From the NCBI GenBank assembly GCA_043228905.1, contig JBHGNT010000004.1:20832001-20896000 (forward strand): a DNA stretch of 64,000 nucleotides, written 5' to 3'. The stretch comes from Azolla caroliniana. Taxonomy: Eukaryota > Plantae > Polypodiophyta. How positions within the stretch are numbered: position 1 is the first letter of the stretch; every line of letters begins with the position of its first letter. Of this stretch, positions 39,055 to 53,507 are shown piece by piece. The translations under genes were made by a program, and so were the position numbers. The notes under the pieces are model-generated. The model did not search any database and was not told the origin of the DNA. It was given only the letters and a program-made list of their open reading frames with translations.

Positions 39055-39968
39055 TGAACGTATACTAGATGCCAAAATTGGCCTATGAGACAAACATGAT
39101 TACAAATATGGGTGAATTCAAGTGATATCCACCAATTGCATTGGTTGTTAGGTAAGTTCATAGAGATGAGTTAAGTGATAAGGGATACACTTGAGGGAAG
39201 GGGGAGATCTAATTAACCCAATTACAGTTTACTAGAGAGAAAACAAAAAGCAATTTATCATAGTGTACAACATAAAGCTATAAGAGGGATGACTTCCCTA
39301 AAGTTGGGAGTATCTCCAAGTGGGTAGTCCATGCCTAGCTAGCAAACTATTATAGAATATAAAAAGAAAGAAAGAAATACATATGATGGTCTTTTAAGAG
39401 GCAAATTTGGCCTATGAGAACAAACAAGAGCTTACATTTTGAGATGTTGTCACATCTTTGAGAACAAACCAAAGTAAATGCAACTACACACATAAAGGGT
39501 AAAATGTAACTACATAAAATGACTAAAGAATGGTGTTATCTATAGCATTTCTCTTGTTCTCATCTTCATATGTTTGGAATCTATGGACATGTATTCCAAT
39601 ACTAGGCTAACATGTAAATTGCTTGGGTTTAGTATTTCATACTTCTGGTTCTCATTATGTGCATGATTTCATGAATATGCATGCTGCATCAGGCAATGTA
39701 ACCTTGCTTGTTTGTCTTTTTGACTTTTCACATGATAAAACTTAGTTGATATATGAAACTGGGGAGTAATAATGTACACTAGGAAATATATGAAGGTGTT
39801 TGATGCCATATTTAATCACAATAAATTGGGAAGTGAAACATTATTGGTTAAAGGTAGAGAGCCACAATGATTGTTGGTTGGTACAATCATCAAAACCCCA
39901 AAAGCTGAAGAACAAAGAAAGGGTATCAATGTTACACAGGATGTATTCCAGTGAAGGAGTATATACTT

Positions 39969-40294
39969 GGGAAAAGTACCAGGATACCCTTGGAAGTTCG
40001 TCTATTTACCAGAATGCCCCTGGAAGTTCCAAATTTACCAAACTACCCCTATGTCCAAAAAATTACACTTTATAAAGTAATTATACACTCAAATCTTTGG
40101 TACATAGGGCTAGTTCAGGTGACGGGTCCATTTCTTCTATCTTTGGTAAATATAAATAGGGCTTGTAAATTTGAGTGTATAATTACTTTATAAAGTGTAA
40201 TTTTTTGGACATAGGGGTAGATTGGTAAATTTGGAACTTCCAAGGGCATTCTGGTAAATAGACAAACTTGCAGGGGTATCCTTGTACTTTTCCC
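39969..40294. mobile_element. Mutator-like (MULE) fold-back MITE, 326 bp
   Basis: ~125-bp TIRs from gggaaaagtac to gtacttttccc; perfect 9-bp TSD tatatactt; absent from copy 1 (~7130). Confidence 0.93.
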
Positions 40295-41183
40295 TATATA
40301 CTTTCCTTGTTGCCATGAAAGGAGCTACATTTCAATAACCAAAAAAAAAATTGTTTTGTTGGCTTGCTAGCTTCGATGTTTCTTCATCATGAACATATTT
40401 AAAACGTGTATTTCCTATCCATATGTGTGTTGCTTGAGATGTGCCTAATTAGATCTAATGGAGCGTCAAATACCTTGTAAATTTAGAGATTATCGACCTG
40501 AATGTTGCACCTGAAGTGTATGTAATCATCAATTCTTCAAGAAAATCGCTACTAGCAAACCAAACTGATTGATTCAGAGCTCTTAATGTACCTAAACAAT
40601 CTTATGACATTATATAGCGGCCACTTCAAGCAATTTCTCAGTAACTTCCATGCATTTAGTGAAACAGAACACCATGAACATGTGGGGAATCCACATTGGG
40701 AATCAAAGCAAACAGGGATTCAAATATCTTTAGAGAGCATAAGCTAGCTAACTTTATCCATCATGGAAGTCCAAAGGGCACAATTTCACATCTTTTGGAT
40801 TCATGGAACTTTAAGATTGGAACATGGGATCCTCACAATTCCTCTAATCGTTCCCAATTATCTGCAATGCATCCTCTGAAACATGTGTAAGCATTTTCTC
40901 AGGCGATTCGTTTAGGTTTAATTTTCGAAACCTAAACCTCGTTGGGTGATTTTGAGAGGCAACAAGAAGAAGGCAATCAAATACAATTGGGGGGTGAATT
41001 CATGGAAGAAAAGCAGAACAGAGTGAAAGAATTAAGTGATGGGAGGTTTTTATACTAGGAAGGAAGCACGGAATGGCTACAGTTTGGAAGGATGGGTAAG
41101 AAGAGAGAGAAGAGGGGGGGGGGGAAGGAAGTATGGGGATGATTGATTTACGTACATAGATGAGTCCTGAGAGTTTGCCCCTG

Positions 41184-41187
<4 letters not shown>

Positions 41188-41225
<38 letters not shown>

Positions 41226-41505
41226 TGTGTGTGTGTGTGTGTATAGAAAGTCTAGAGAGAGAGAGTATGTGTATAGAAAGTCTAGAGAGAGAGAGAGTGT
41301 GTGTGTGTGTAGAAAGTCTAGAGAGAGAGACACAGTGTGTAGAAAGTCTAGAGAGAGAGAGAGAGAGTGTGTGTGTGTGTGTGTTTGTGTAGAAAGTGTA
41401 GAGAGAGAGGCACACACAGACTAAGTAAAAAGTGTAGAGAGACAGAAGAGAGACTGTGTAAAAAAAGTCTAGACAGAGATGATAGAGAGTGTATGAGGGG
41501 CCCAG

Positions 41506-41543
<38 letters not shown>

Positions 41544-41545
41544 GA
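41188..41545. repeat. Compound (GA)n/(GT)n/(GACA)n microsatellite with repeated agaaagtcta
   Basis: Direct reading of the sequence. Confidence 0.9.
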
Positions 41546-42308
41546 TTCATACATAGAGAGATAAGTGAGTAAATGTGGTACGTTCATGACATGCATTCAA
41601 TTGCCTCTCTCTCTCTCTCTCTCTCTCCCTACAGTCTGTGTGTGGCTACTAAAGCCTCTCTCTTTATCTGTCTCTCTCTGTCTATCAAAAAATGTAAACA
41701 AATCAATCTCTGCGTATATGGGACTCTGACACTTTTGAGTCTTGACTCTACGCTCCTCATCAATCAATCAATGCTTTGATAGTTTCAAACTTCAAGAAAA
41801 ACCTGTCTCTACATTTAGTAGTAGTAGTAGTAGTAGTAGTAGTAATAGTAGTAGTAATAATAGCAGTAGCAGTTGTTGTATCAGTAGCAGTAGCAGTAGC
41901 AGTTGTGGTGGTAAGTAGTTTCAGCAGCAGCTGTCACACACTGATGCTCTGTTGCCCTCCTATAATCTATTCATTCAGCTTCCCTTAGGTTTTGGGGGGA
42001 GGCTTCAATCTTCTTGTTCAACTCAAGTGTGGAAAACAAATCTTCAGGTTTGGTGCCCATCTTGCAGTTCATCAGTATTAGTAGCAGTAGTAAAGTTTCC
42101 TTCTGAGGAGCTCAATTAAGAGATAGCAAAACAGAGCTTCTTCACTGTTGATGAGATTCCCCCCCCCCTCCTTTTTACTGGTGTTCATTAATTTGACGTC
42201 AAGCAAAGATGCAAGAAAATCTGGATCTTCAATGCTGTTGGTGGTGATGATGATGACACTTCTCTCCTAACTACTTTCTGCTCTTAGTTGGAGCTCTCAT
42301 CAAAGAAG

Positions 42309-45300
42309 ATGCAAGAAGCTTACTCAACTACTTCTGGAAGGGGCAGTATCTCAGAAAATGATGAGTTGCAGCCCAAATACTACCGCAGAGTGAGCATCCC
42401 GAAGAAGATCACATTCGCCAAAGAATTCAAGAGCACGGTTCAGGAGACGTTGTTCCCCGAGGGGATCTTCCGGAAGCTTCCGGGAGCTTCTTCCTCGGGC
42501 CCGGAGAACTCCCTCTATCTTGCCCTCTCCTACATCTTCCCGATCCTCCAATGGATCCGCGGCTATGACATCAGAACCTTCAAGGATGACCTCATAGCCG
42601 GCCTCACCATCGGCAGCCTCGCCATCCCTCAAGACATTGGCTACTCGAAGCTTGCTGGCTTGCCGCCCATCTATGGCCTATGTAAGTTCAATTATATGTA
42701 TCATCCTCTTAACATTATTTTATCAAATCTTTAAGACTTTCAAAACATCTCCTGATTCCTCATTAAGTTCAATGATTTCACCTTCATTATGTCATGAATC
42801 CTCATCAAGCTCAACATCTCAGTTGGTGTCATGAAACCTCTCATTAAACCATGCATCATGAATCTTCTTATGAAACTCTACATAACTTGCAGCGTTTATA
42901 CTGATGATTCGTGACATAATGGGGAGAATCAATCATTCATTTATGTCATTAATCCTCTCATTAAGTTTGAATCCAATTACGTCATTAAATCCTTCAATTA
43001 TGTCAGGAATAAGTCTAGCATAACTTGAAGGATTTATGCCATGACATATCCACTCATAAATGTAACTCGCATGAAATTTTAATGCAGACACTAGCTTTGT
43101 TCCACCTCTCCTGTACTCGATCCTGGGGGTTTCGAGAGAAATAGCCATTGGTCCCGTTGCGGTTGTGTCCATTCTTTTGGGCAATTTGGCGACTAAGCAG
43201 TTCCCTCCACCCCCTGAGGCGACTAGCTCATGCGATACCACCTCTTTGAAGTTCATCAATGCAGCTTGCACCAACTATACCCAGTCCTACCTCTCCCTCA
43301 TCTTCACTGCCACATTCTTCACTGGAGTCTTCCAGGCTGCCATTGGCTTCTTCAGGTTATTGAAATTAACTTAAATACATGATTATGTTCTATTTCTCGT
43401 GTATGTGTGTCTGTGTATACACATATATGAAGTCTTAAACATGCGTGCGTGTGTGTGTGTGTGTATACACACATACAAAGTCTTAAACATTTTTCCCACC
43501 ATAGAATAGATTAAATGATACCCACGACGCGGATTAGGACCTCAAGATGATGAACTTCTATAAGAGAACTAACCATATCTAGGTGCAGTGGGGATTCCTT
43601 CCACCTACCTCACCTAGCCAGATATGCCAAACTTTGGAAGGTCATAATGTTACAACATTGTAGTAGAACAGGGAAAATGAGATTTTTTTCCACCATGCAT
43701 ATTAGGAAGATAGCATTAAATTTTTGTATTCACTTTTGCAACCCTGGGCTTCAAACGGATCTTTGGGACATGTTTTTGGCACAGACTCGGATTTCTTGTC
43801 GATTATCTGTCCTATGCTGCAATTGTTGGATTTATGGCTGGTGCAGCCCTCACTATTGCTCTCCAGCAGCTCAAAGGTCTTCTTGGAATACCTACGGCAT
43901 CCTTTACGCGGAACACTGACATTGTGTCTGTCCTTCATTCAGTCTTTAACCATACATCCAAGGTATGGTATGTGTTATAATTTCTTGAATGAGCTCTTGT
44001 TGATGCAAATCTTGGTGAGACCAACTCTTACTTGTGTTATTGGTGTTCTAATGGTGTGCACAGTGGAATTGGGAGACGATCCTCATCGGCCTCTTCTTCC
44101 TAGTATTCCTTCTACTAACCAGATATATTGTGAGTTACAAAATTAATATCGATGTAAGCACTTTATCATGAGAATGCACATGAATTTTTGGAGTAAATAA
44201 TGCCAGCTCGGGGGGTAATTGGTTGGGTGAAGAGCCCATCTTTAGCTAGGTGTCCTAAGCCTCTTGTTTTATTATTTCTTTACTGTCATTTCTATACAAT
44301 TTTGATTATCAGATCTCATGATTACATGAGAAAAAAGCACTGACTTTGTATTTTCAATTTGCAATTCAGGCCATGAAGAGGCCAAGGTTTTTTTGGATAT
44401 CAGCAATTGCTCCTCTCATTTCTGTCATCCTTTCAACTCTCTTCGTTAAAGTCACTCGTGTGGATGAGCATGGTGTTGCCATTGTATGTTATGTTATAGC
44501 CATTTCTATATCAAAGCATTTGTGATGATGATGTCAGAAACCTGTGTAAAAATTGGTTTGTGCTATGTAGGTTGGAAATATTGATGGGCACATAAATCCG
44601 CCATCGATTAAACAGTTTATGTTTCATGGCTCCATCCTTAAGCATGCCCTTGTTATTGCTGTTCAAGCAACGCTTGTTGCACTCACAGTAAGTACTATCC
44701 CTTGGAGATGGAGAGCAAGACATTACTAGCACTATCTTTAACAAACTAAATTAGAACAAAATGGATATATATATATATCACAGGAGGGGATTGCAATAGG
44801 AAGGACTTTCGCATTCATAAGAGATTATAACATCGACGCTAACAAGGAGGTGATAGCTTTTGGAGCAATGAACATTGTTGGATCTTGCACGTCTTGCTAT
44901 GTTGCCACTGGTAAACTAAGTTTCTAAAAAGACATTTTGTAGCCAAATTTGTAGCACATTTTGTAACTGAATTGCTGGTAAGGCGTATTGTAGTTAACAG
45001 ATGCATAATCATATATAGAGAAAGGCCAGTTAGCTCCATTAACGTATGTTTATGCATATGCTCATAATCAATTTGCTGTGTGATCATTATGGCATCGATA
45101 ATACTAATGAAGGGCGAACATGTCACATGTAGGATCCTTCTCACGATCAGCCGTGAATTATAATGCTGGTTGCAAGACACCAATGACCAACATAATAATG
45201 TCCATCCTGGTACTTCTGGTACTAGCAGTGGCAACACCTCTATTTCACAATACTCCTAACTGCATCCTGGCATCCATAATCATAAATGCGGTTCTTGGCC

Positions 45301-48300
45301 TCTTTGACTACAATGCCATGTATAAGATATGGAGAGTTGATATGGCCGACTTCATCATCATGGTTTGTGCATTCCTTGGCGTTGTTTTTGGTTCTATTGA
45401 AGTCGGCCTTCTCATTGCGGTATGCATTGTCCTTTGATTCAGGAACTATCACATAAATATTGATCGTAGTTGTGTGCTTGTCTTCTATGATTTTCTTGCT
45501 TTTTGTCGGATGGATCTAACTTCAATCCTAACTACCTCCATATTGAGGCTATGTCTCAAGTAGCAAATTCAAAGAATTTCGTTGATATGAATATAAATGA
45601 AAATGGTGATATTGATAAGTTCATGAAATTTGGAGGCTTTAAACAAGATGATGTCATCCTCTTAGGCCTTAGTTTCCCAAACTCTGTGCTAGTCCGCCCT
45701 TCTGATTGCTGCTGTATTCCCATCATGGTAGCCAATTATACGTTCAAAATCAACTTTGATCAATATAAGTGTTCCTACACTAGTGCATCTATCTCACAAG
45801 AAAACATCCTTCATATATGTAACAGCCCTTCCCCTCTCAATCCAACTTTTACATCAACCTTCTGAAATCACAACACCTTCAAAACATAATAACAAGTTCA
45901 ATAATAAGCCCAAAACAATCAACATATTCAAGATTCGACTATAGCAGTTCTAAATCAAATGAATCTAAATCTGGGTTCCTTCAATGTTTTTGTAAAAATT
46001 GTCAAACAACTGGGCATACAAAAATTATGGTGATCAAGGAAAAAGACTTCATAAGTAATTAAGGCCCCACTTATCATGCATTTTATGTCGAATGCAACAA
46101 TAATGATGTAGGGATATTTTACTGTCTTCTAGGTCTCTTTTATACCCCTAGAAGGAGCTAATGTCTTATCTGTGTCTCTTCTATACCCTCTAAAGAGCAG
46201 CTAATGTCCTATCTATGTCACTTTTTATATCCCTAAAGAGGAGCTAATGTCCTGTCTCAGGTCTACTTGACTCTGTAGAGTATGCTTATGCATCATACAT
46301 CAATAATGCAGCCAGTTAGCCTGCAAGCAGATGGGTTTCCACTACTTAATAGGCCTATCCCTAGTCTAGTTGATTTCATTAATGCATCATTAACCGTTAA
46401 TGAGCTAATAGAATAATCTGTGGTCTAATGGACTCCATTAAGATATGATCATGGCTAAGGGAATAATCTTTGGTCTACTTAACTACATTACGGTATGATC
46501 ACACATATGCTTGTAACAGTCCGAGGACCTATAATATGTATATTAACAGTATTTTTTATAGGATATATGGTGTTAACTCATGTTCTTTTTGGCCCCTAGG
46601 TCTGTCTCTCTGTAGCCAGGATCTTGCTACATGCAACCAGGCCCCATACAGCAGTGTTGGGAAATGTTCCCGGAACTAGTATTTATCGAAACATTGAGCA
46701 GTATCCGGATTCCCTGAAAGAACATGGTATATTGATTATTCGAATTGATGCTGCAATCTACTTCTCCAATGCAAACTACCTTCGGGAAAGGTAAGGCATA
46801 TGAACACATCTGTAGTTTTCCTCTCATTACAATGGTAGGTTATTAACCATTATTTAATACATAGTTGTCTAGTGGTTTGGGCATTTTCTCTAGAAGCCAT
46901 AGATTCTTAGATATTGAGCACAATTGGAAATCTTGCCGCTAACTGTTTGCCGCGCAACTCATCGTAGAGTGTAAGTTGGAGGAGAGTATGTGGATTGGAT
47001 GAGATTGAGGATTCATGACTTGGATTTGGATTCAGATTCAGATTCAAATTTGATGAAATGAGCGGATTGGATCAGGTCCACGAAGTTGCGACATAAAGAT
47101 AAGTGAGAGAGACAGAGAGAGACTGGTTAGGTGGGGCCACGATTCTACACAGTAGACATGACTGAATAGAGATTATGCGTGGAATCTCGGAGCATGATAT
47201 TCTGAGTTGCAGTTGTTGTAGGATAGCCATTACTCGGCTTGGATCAATAGTGAGGTCTGATAAGGTTGCATCAAGTCCATAGCTAATAAGTATGAGAGTA
47301 GTGATCACTGGACTTTGTATCCTCGGATGGTTGGTGCAGTGAAATGACACTATACTAAGTTTAACGAGCTCATGTAGGTATCCTCATCAGAATCAGACAT
47401 GGCAGGCAACTATCTCTATAATTCAGTGATGATATATGGCCCATGTGAGTGATCTCCTTTGTTGTTGGCATTATTTTGCTTGCTCTATAGCGGCTCCTCA
47501 GCACATTGTTAATGGAGATAAAGAGCTATGGAAGAAATCAGTAGCGTGTGACATTGTCATTGCATTCCGCATGACTCTACAACCTCAAAAAAAGTAACTT
47601 TACAATACATTCTGACAAACTACAACATAAGAAACCTTCATTTCTTAGTGATCCTAAAGGCTAACACAAACTGATGCAGGTAATAATGTAGCAAGAGTTC
47701 AAATACCTGACTTGCTCTCAGATTACGTTAGTCCTCCACCCCCATTAAAAGAAAAGGATACACTTCCGTCACGAAGTAACATGGCATGAGTTGATTAATA
47801 TCTGATTGCAGAAGATATTTTAATTACATTGAATCAATTCCAGGATCTTGAGATGGGTGGAAGAAGAAACTGTGAAGATAATTAAGGAAATTAACCCAGT
47901 TCCAATACAATTTCTTGTCATCGATTTGTCATGTGAGAAACCTCTTCCTCTTTACACATATCGAAAACTTTTTGAGTTGATTTAGTGTGAAATATGATGA
48001 AATGGAATTTATATATAATTTGTAGCCGTGGCAAACATAGACACAACAGGCATCCGATCCTTGGAGGATCTTGTCACAAATCTCACCAACAGAAAGATTC
48101 AGGTAGAAGCATAAAGGGGTAATCTTATTATTTATTGTATGAATTGAGACCACAATAATTGCAGGTTAATGATGCTAAAACTACCTTCCATTTTTGTTTT
48201 TTTACCTCAATGACAGCTTGCATTTGCGAACCCAGGAGGGGGAGTGGCTCGAAAGTTGGAGGAAGCAGGGTACATGGACTTGGTGGGGAGGGAGTGGTTC

Positions 48301-48363
48301 TTCTTCACAGTTGGGGAAGCAGTTCAAGTATGCTGCTCCAAGCTTCGATTTCACCCACTTTAG
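42309..48363 (+). CDS. SULTR: Sulfate transporter (SLC26/SulP family with STAS domain), apparently intact multi-exon gene
   Basis: Exon 1 42309-42681 (DDLIAGLTIGSLAIPQDIGYSKLAGLPP); exon 2 43088-43355 (SREIAIGPVAVVS); exon 3 43785-43962; later exons EGIAIGRTFA, GSFSRSAVNYNAG, STAS RIDAAIYFSNANYLRER; last exon LAFANPG...FFFTVGEAVQVC, stop TAG at 48361-48363; GT-AG junctions. Confidence 0.93.
46125..46260. repeat. ~42-bp tandem repeat x3 in a SULTR intron
   Basis: tataccc...gagctaatgtc recurs three times. Confidence 0.7.
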
Positions 48364-50399
48364 GTCATATGTGCAGACAAGACACAGTAGGCATCCCAAC
48401 CTACAGTGTCACGGAAATGTGAGATAACTAGATCAATCTAGGTTTTAGGGTTTTAAAAGCCTTTGTAGTAAGTAAGTAGCAGACACTGAATGGCCCCCCA
48501 TATCAGCAAAACAAGAGAGCCTTTGATCCAATGGGGCCATGGCAAAAGCAAGAGGTTCGAGGTTCTCGGATCGGTCGAGAATGCAGAGTATACAAATTTA
48601 TTTTCCGTCCATAGGAATTGAATCGTGGAGATTCGAGCTCTCGAAAACAAGAAGCTTTATAAGAAGAATCTCAAAGGTTCTCCGGAGGCTATCCCTTCCT
48701 CTTTAGGCTCTTTCGTGTTCTTAATCGTGCGGTCATTGAGAACGTTAAAGTCTCATATATATGTTCCCCGAGTACTTACAACAAATGCAATATATTGTTT
48801 CAACCATCCCTCAATACTACTATTAATAAAAGACTGGTTCGGTGGAGATTGTTCTTTGTGTGTGTGAGAGACCGAGCATTGGGGTGTTTATATGACTTAC
48901 TCTTCTCTCCAATCCCATCCGAAACATCCCTTGTTTCTCGGACCATCAAAGAAGAAGGTTCATGATCTTCCATGCAAAGGCAATCAATATAAGGTTCAAT
49001 AATAATATGCAAAAAATGTTTGTTAGTTTTAGGTATCAATGTGATGTATGGTTGCAAAGAGTTTCTAGAAGTCAAGTCCCTCTATTTGATGAGTTCATTC
49101 TATAGATACATGGACTGCAACATTGGAGATGAGACATTTGGCAAATACTTAGCATTCGGTGAATTGTCATGCTTGCTTGCCTATTGATGATTCCACATGA
49201 CCCACTAGCTATGTAGCAATGGCACAAATTAATTGTAGTACCATTGTAGTTTTGGTCACATGCATTTATTAATATAAGTGTGTTTTCACTAGAGAGCGAA
49301 AGATTAACATCTTCCAAGACCAAATTTTGGCCCATGAAAACAACCCATTTTATTGATATCGCATAGAAGAAAGAGAAAAGGGGTGTACCATCATTGGGAG
49401 TGTTGATGTGAATATCCCCGATGAACACCTTCATATAAACTAAGTTTTTATCATTTGAAATATTGGAGTGACAAACATGCAAGGGCCATATAATATATTG
49501 TCCTACAATAGATTCACAGAATCATGCACATAAATATTATTTCCTTGTGAGGAGTGGAAGTATGAATTAACCCATGCAACTACATGTTAGCACAAAGTTG
49601 GAAATTGGAATACATATCATTAAATTCCCGAACAATTAAAAGTTATAGCAAGACAATGCTATAGATAACGAGATTCTTTAGTCAACTATTATATTTATTT
49701 ACCTTTTATATAGTTACATTGACTTCCTTTTTTCCAAAAATAGTTACATTTACTTAGATGAAATAACATTTTAAAATATAACCTCTTGTTCATTCTTATG
49801 GATCGTTTTGCCCTCTTAAAGGACATTTGTAATTCTTTCTATAGTCTAATAATTTTCTAGGTACCCATGGACTGTGGGACAATTTATCCCTATTATGATG
49901 GGTATACGTTGTAAAAAAAAGTTCTTTTATCTCCACAATATTAATGTACACCAAGAAATATATTAAGGTATTTGATGCCATATTTAATCACATCAATATG
50001 GATGTTACAACCGTTACAATTACATAAAAGAAAATAGTAGAATATTTAAATAAATCTTGGAAGCACAAACGTTTCATCTCATGAACGTTTGGGCTCCCAA
50101 TAAGTTCTATTTAAAGAAGTAGTTGTGATTTTGAAAAGGGGGGGGTTCCCAATGGGGAAGTACCAAGTCATTAGTTAGTAATTCGCACTTACCTTTTTTT
50201 ATTTCTATTGAATACAAAGAGTGTTCTCTCTCATTTTGTGCCATTGGTTTAATACTTGGTATCAAAGCAAGATAAGGATTGGCAAGCCATTCCAGCAAGA
50301 AGAGATTGAAGAAGTGGCACACGACACCACGAGAGGAGTCAAGGTAACCACAAAGATAGTAGACTATTTTTTTTTTTCTCTCTCTCTTTTATCTAACCA

Positions 50400-53300
50400 A
50401 TGGCGGGAAGAAGGCGAAGAAGAGGGATCAACTTGGGAGAGCTAGGGAACGAAGGAGACACTCCATTAGGGGAGATAGCCCTAGATCGAGGAGACCAAGA
50501 GGCCACCGAATTAGAGAATGGAAGGTTCAATATGGAAGATCAAAGATGGGAGAGAGAAGAAGAGGAATCGGGGCCGCAAGGGAGAAGGCCCACGGAAGGA
50601 GGACCAGGGCGTTTGGAGGAGATGGTGCAGAGGCTGGAAGTCGGGAATGCCGAGAACCGCCGCCACAACTTGGGATCATTTAAACCTATCAAACCAAAAA
50701 TGTACATGGGGGAGAGGAACTCGGTGGTACTTACAAGATGGATAAGAGAAACCGAACTATTCCTCGTCCAAAGTCAAGTAGAACCCGACTTGTGGGTGAT
50801 GGTCTCCGCGTGTTTTTTGGATGGACCAGCACAAAATTGGTACATGTCGGGGGAAAGCGTGTTTGAGTTCACGCCTTGGACAGAGTTTAAGCGGGAATTG
50901 CGTCATTATTTCATACCACAAAATGAACATCTCCGCATCATGGATGAATGGAGGATGTTGAGACAAGGGGAAGGGCAACTCACCATGTACATTGAGAGGT
51001 ATCGCCAAGTGACATTGCAGCTGCCGCATCTTCATCAAATAACCAAACTCCACGGGTTCCTAGTTGGATTGAAGCCTCGGATCAGGATAGAGGTAGAAAA
51101 GATGAACCCTCAAACTTGTGAGGAAGCCATGAGGGTGGCAGAGAGGATAGGAGACATAGAAGGGAGCTCCCGACCTTTCCACAACAATCTAGGAAGTACA
51201 TCCAACAATCGTGGGTGGACGACTACCACTAGTTCGATAGGAAGAGGAACAACACGAGGGGATCCAATTAGATCGAGCTGGACAAATAGCGGGGGAGGAG
51301 GAGGACAGCCGGGGAGTCCCATTTCTACTTCAACACAACGAACCCCACTAATTAGAAGAGGTTGTTTTGAGTGTGGAGGCCCTCACTTGGCATCCAATTG
51401 TCCAAAAAAGAAGCAACTCACGGTGCGGGCAGCCACCTCACAACTCGAGTTAACAGAGCTCAAGGAAGGTTCCGAGCAAGACATACAAGCAATAGCAGCG
51501 CAATATGAGGAAGAAGATGAAGAAGTCGTTGTACGTGCAGGAGCCGCCACCGCCTGGCTACCACTAGTTCGATAGGAAGAGGAACAACACGAGGGGATCC
51601 AATTAGATCGAGCTGGACAAATAGCGGGGGAGGAGGAGGACAGCCGGGGAGTCCCATTTCTACTTCAACACAACGAACCCCACTAATTAGAAGAGGCTGT
51701 TTTGAGTGTGGAGGCCCTCACTTGGCATCCAATTGTCCAAAAAAGAAGCAACTCACGGTGCGGGCAGCCACCTCACAACTCGAGTTAACAGAGCTCAAGG
51801 AAGGTTCCGAGCAAGACATACAAGCAATAGCAGCGCAATATGAGGAAGAAGATGAAGAAGTCGTTGTACGTGCAGGAGCTGCCACCGCCTGGCCTACCTG
51901 TCTCACAGTCAAACTCAATAACACAAGTAATCTCTTTCTCAACGTAAAAATTAATGGGCATAGTTGTGAGGCAATGGTAGACAACGGTGCAACACACAAC
52001 TTCATAACACCTGAATGCGCGAAGAAGTGGGGATTAAAATTGCAACCTTTAACCAACCTCTCTGTGAGTTTTGTACAGGGATACACTAATAAGTGTTCAT
52101 TAGCAGCCAATGTCTTGATTGAAGCGGGAGAATGGAAGGGGCGAACACCTTTTCTAGCGGTTGACATGGATGGGTGCGAGGTGATCTTAGGGCTAGAATG
52201 GGTGGATAAGTACGTCATCAACCAATTCGGGAAAAAGGTAGATAAGGTGTTACTAGATAATGAAGATGGGAAGGGAGGCATCATTGTAAACATGCATAGG
52301 AGAAATGCAAAGGCAAAGGCGACAACCGTGACCGCAAAACTTTGCACGGGAAAGGTGGCAAATCGAGTCTTAAAGAAGGGCAACCAACTCTTTCTTTGCA
52401 CGGCCCTGCAAGCATCAACAACAGTGAGGAAGGAAGAACTAAGGGCAGAAAATATGAAGGAAATATTAGAGCAATACAAGGATGTCTTAACAGCGGAGCT
52501 ACCCAAAACTCTTCTGCCACAAAGGTCAATCGATCATAAAATCCCAACCATTCCCGGAAGCATACCACCTGTAAAAGCTCCTTACCGAATGAATGCTACT
52601 CAATTAGCAGAGCTAAAACAACAATTACAAAAATTAGAAGCATGTGGGTTCATCAGAACAAGCCAATCACCTTATGGTGCGCCCGTCATTTTTGTGGCAA
52701 AGAAGGATGGGACATTGCGCATGTGCATGGATTACAGGTCTCTCAACAAAATCACCATAAAAAATAAATACCCATTACCTTTGATTTCCGACCTCTTGGA
52801 TCAACTACAAGGAGCCCGTTATTTCTCTCGCATAGATCTCAGATCAGGGTATCATCAAATCCGCGTAGCTACGGAGGATATTGAGAAGACAACATTTAGG
52901 ACGAGATATGGCAGTTTTGAATGGCTGGTGATGAGTTTCGGTTTGACAGGAGCACCCGGAACATTCTGTAGGCTCGGAAATGAAATTTTTAGGGATTATT
53001 TGGATAAATTTTTGATAATTTACATTGATGATTTGTTAATTTTCAGTAAGACTTTTGAGGAACATAAACAACATGTCACCAATGTGCTACAACGATTACG
53101 GGAGCATCAGTTATACGCAAAACCTGAGAAGTGTGAGTTCGCTATGGAGGAGCTTGAATTCTTAGGATTTCGAATAGGAAGAGAAGGGCTCAAGATGGAT
53201 CCGGCCAAGGTGAAAGCAGTTCAAGATTGGCCACGACCCACCAAAGTCCTCGAAGTGCAGCAATTCATAGGCTTCGTCCAGTATGTGAGAAGATTTATTA

Positions 53301-53507
53301 AAAACTTCAGTCAAATCGCAACCCCACTGACGAATCTCATCAAAGGCTCACAAACATTCAGTTGGTCTGAACGTGAACAACATGCCTTCGATCAATTGAA
53401 GAAGGCAGTGTGTGTGCAACCGGTTCTTCAACTCCCGGACTTTTCAAAACCATTTGAAATTCACACTGATGCTTCTGATTTTGCTTATGGGGCTGTGCTT
53501 ATGCAGG
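50400..53507 (+). CDS. Gypsy gag-PR-RT-RNase H 5' part, frameshifted by a 335-bp duplication
   Basis: ORFs 50400-51575 (knuckle CFECGGPHLASNC) and 51722 onward (VDNGATHNF, LRSGYHQIR, YIDD, HTDASDFAYGAVLMQ). Confidence 0.9.

Larger units (their letters stand above)
38214..46087 (+). repeat. Segmental duplicate, copy 2 (containing the intact gene), of 5219-13575
   Basis: Colinear similarity with copy 1. Confidence 0.93.

Noticed and set aside
41077-41988. ORFs rich in SL/HT/RE/V (also 5866-6270 and 38964-39161)
   Set aside because: They are translations of microsatellites.
48470-48885. Solo LTR downstream of SULTR
   Set aside because: LTR-like composition but no clear TG..CA ends or TSD.
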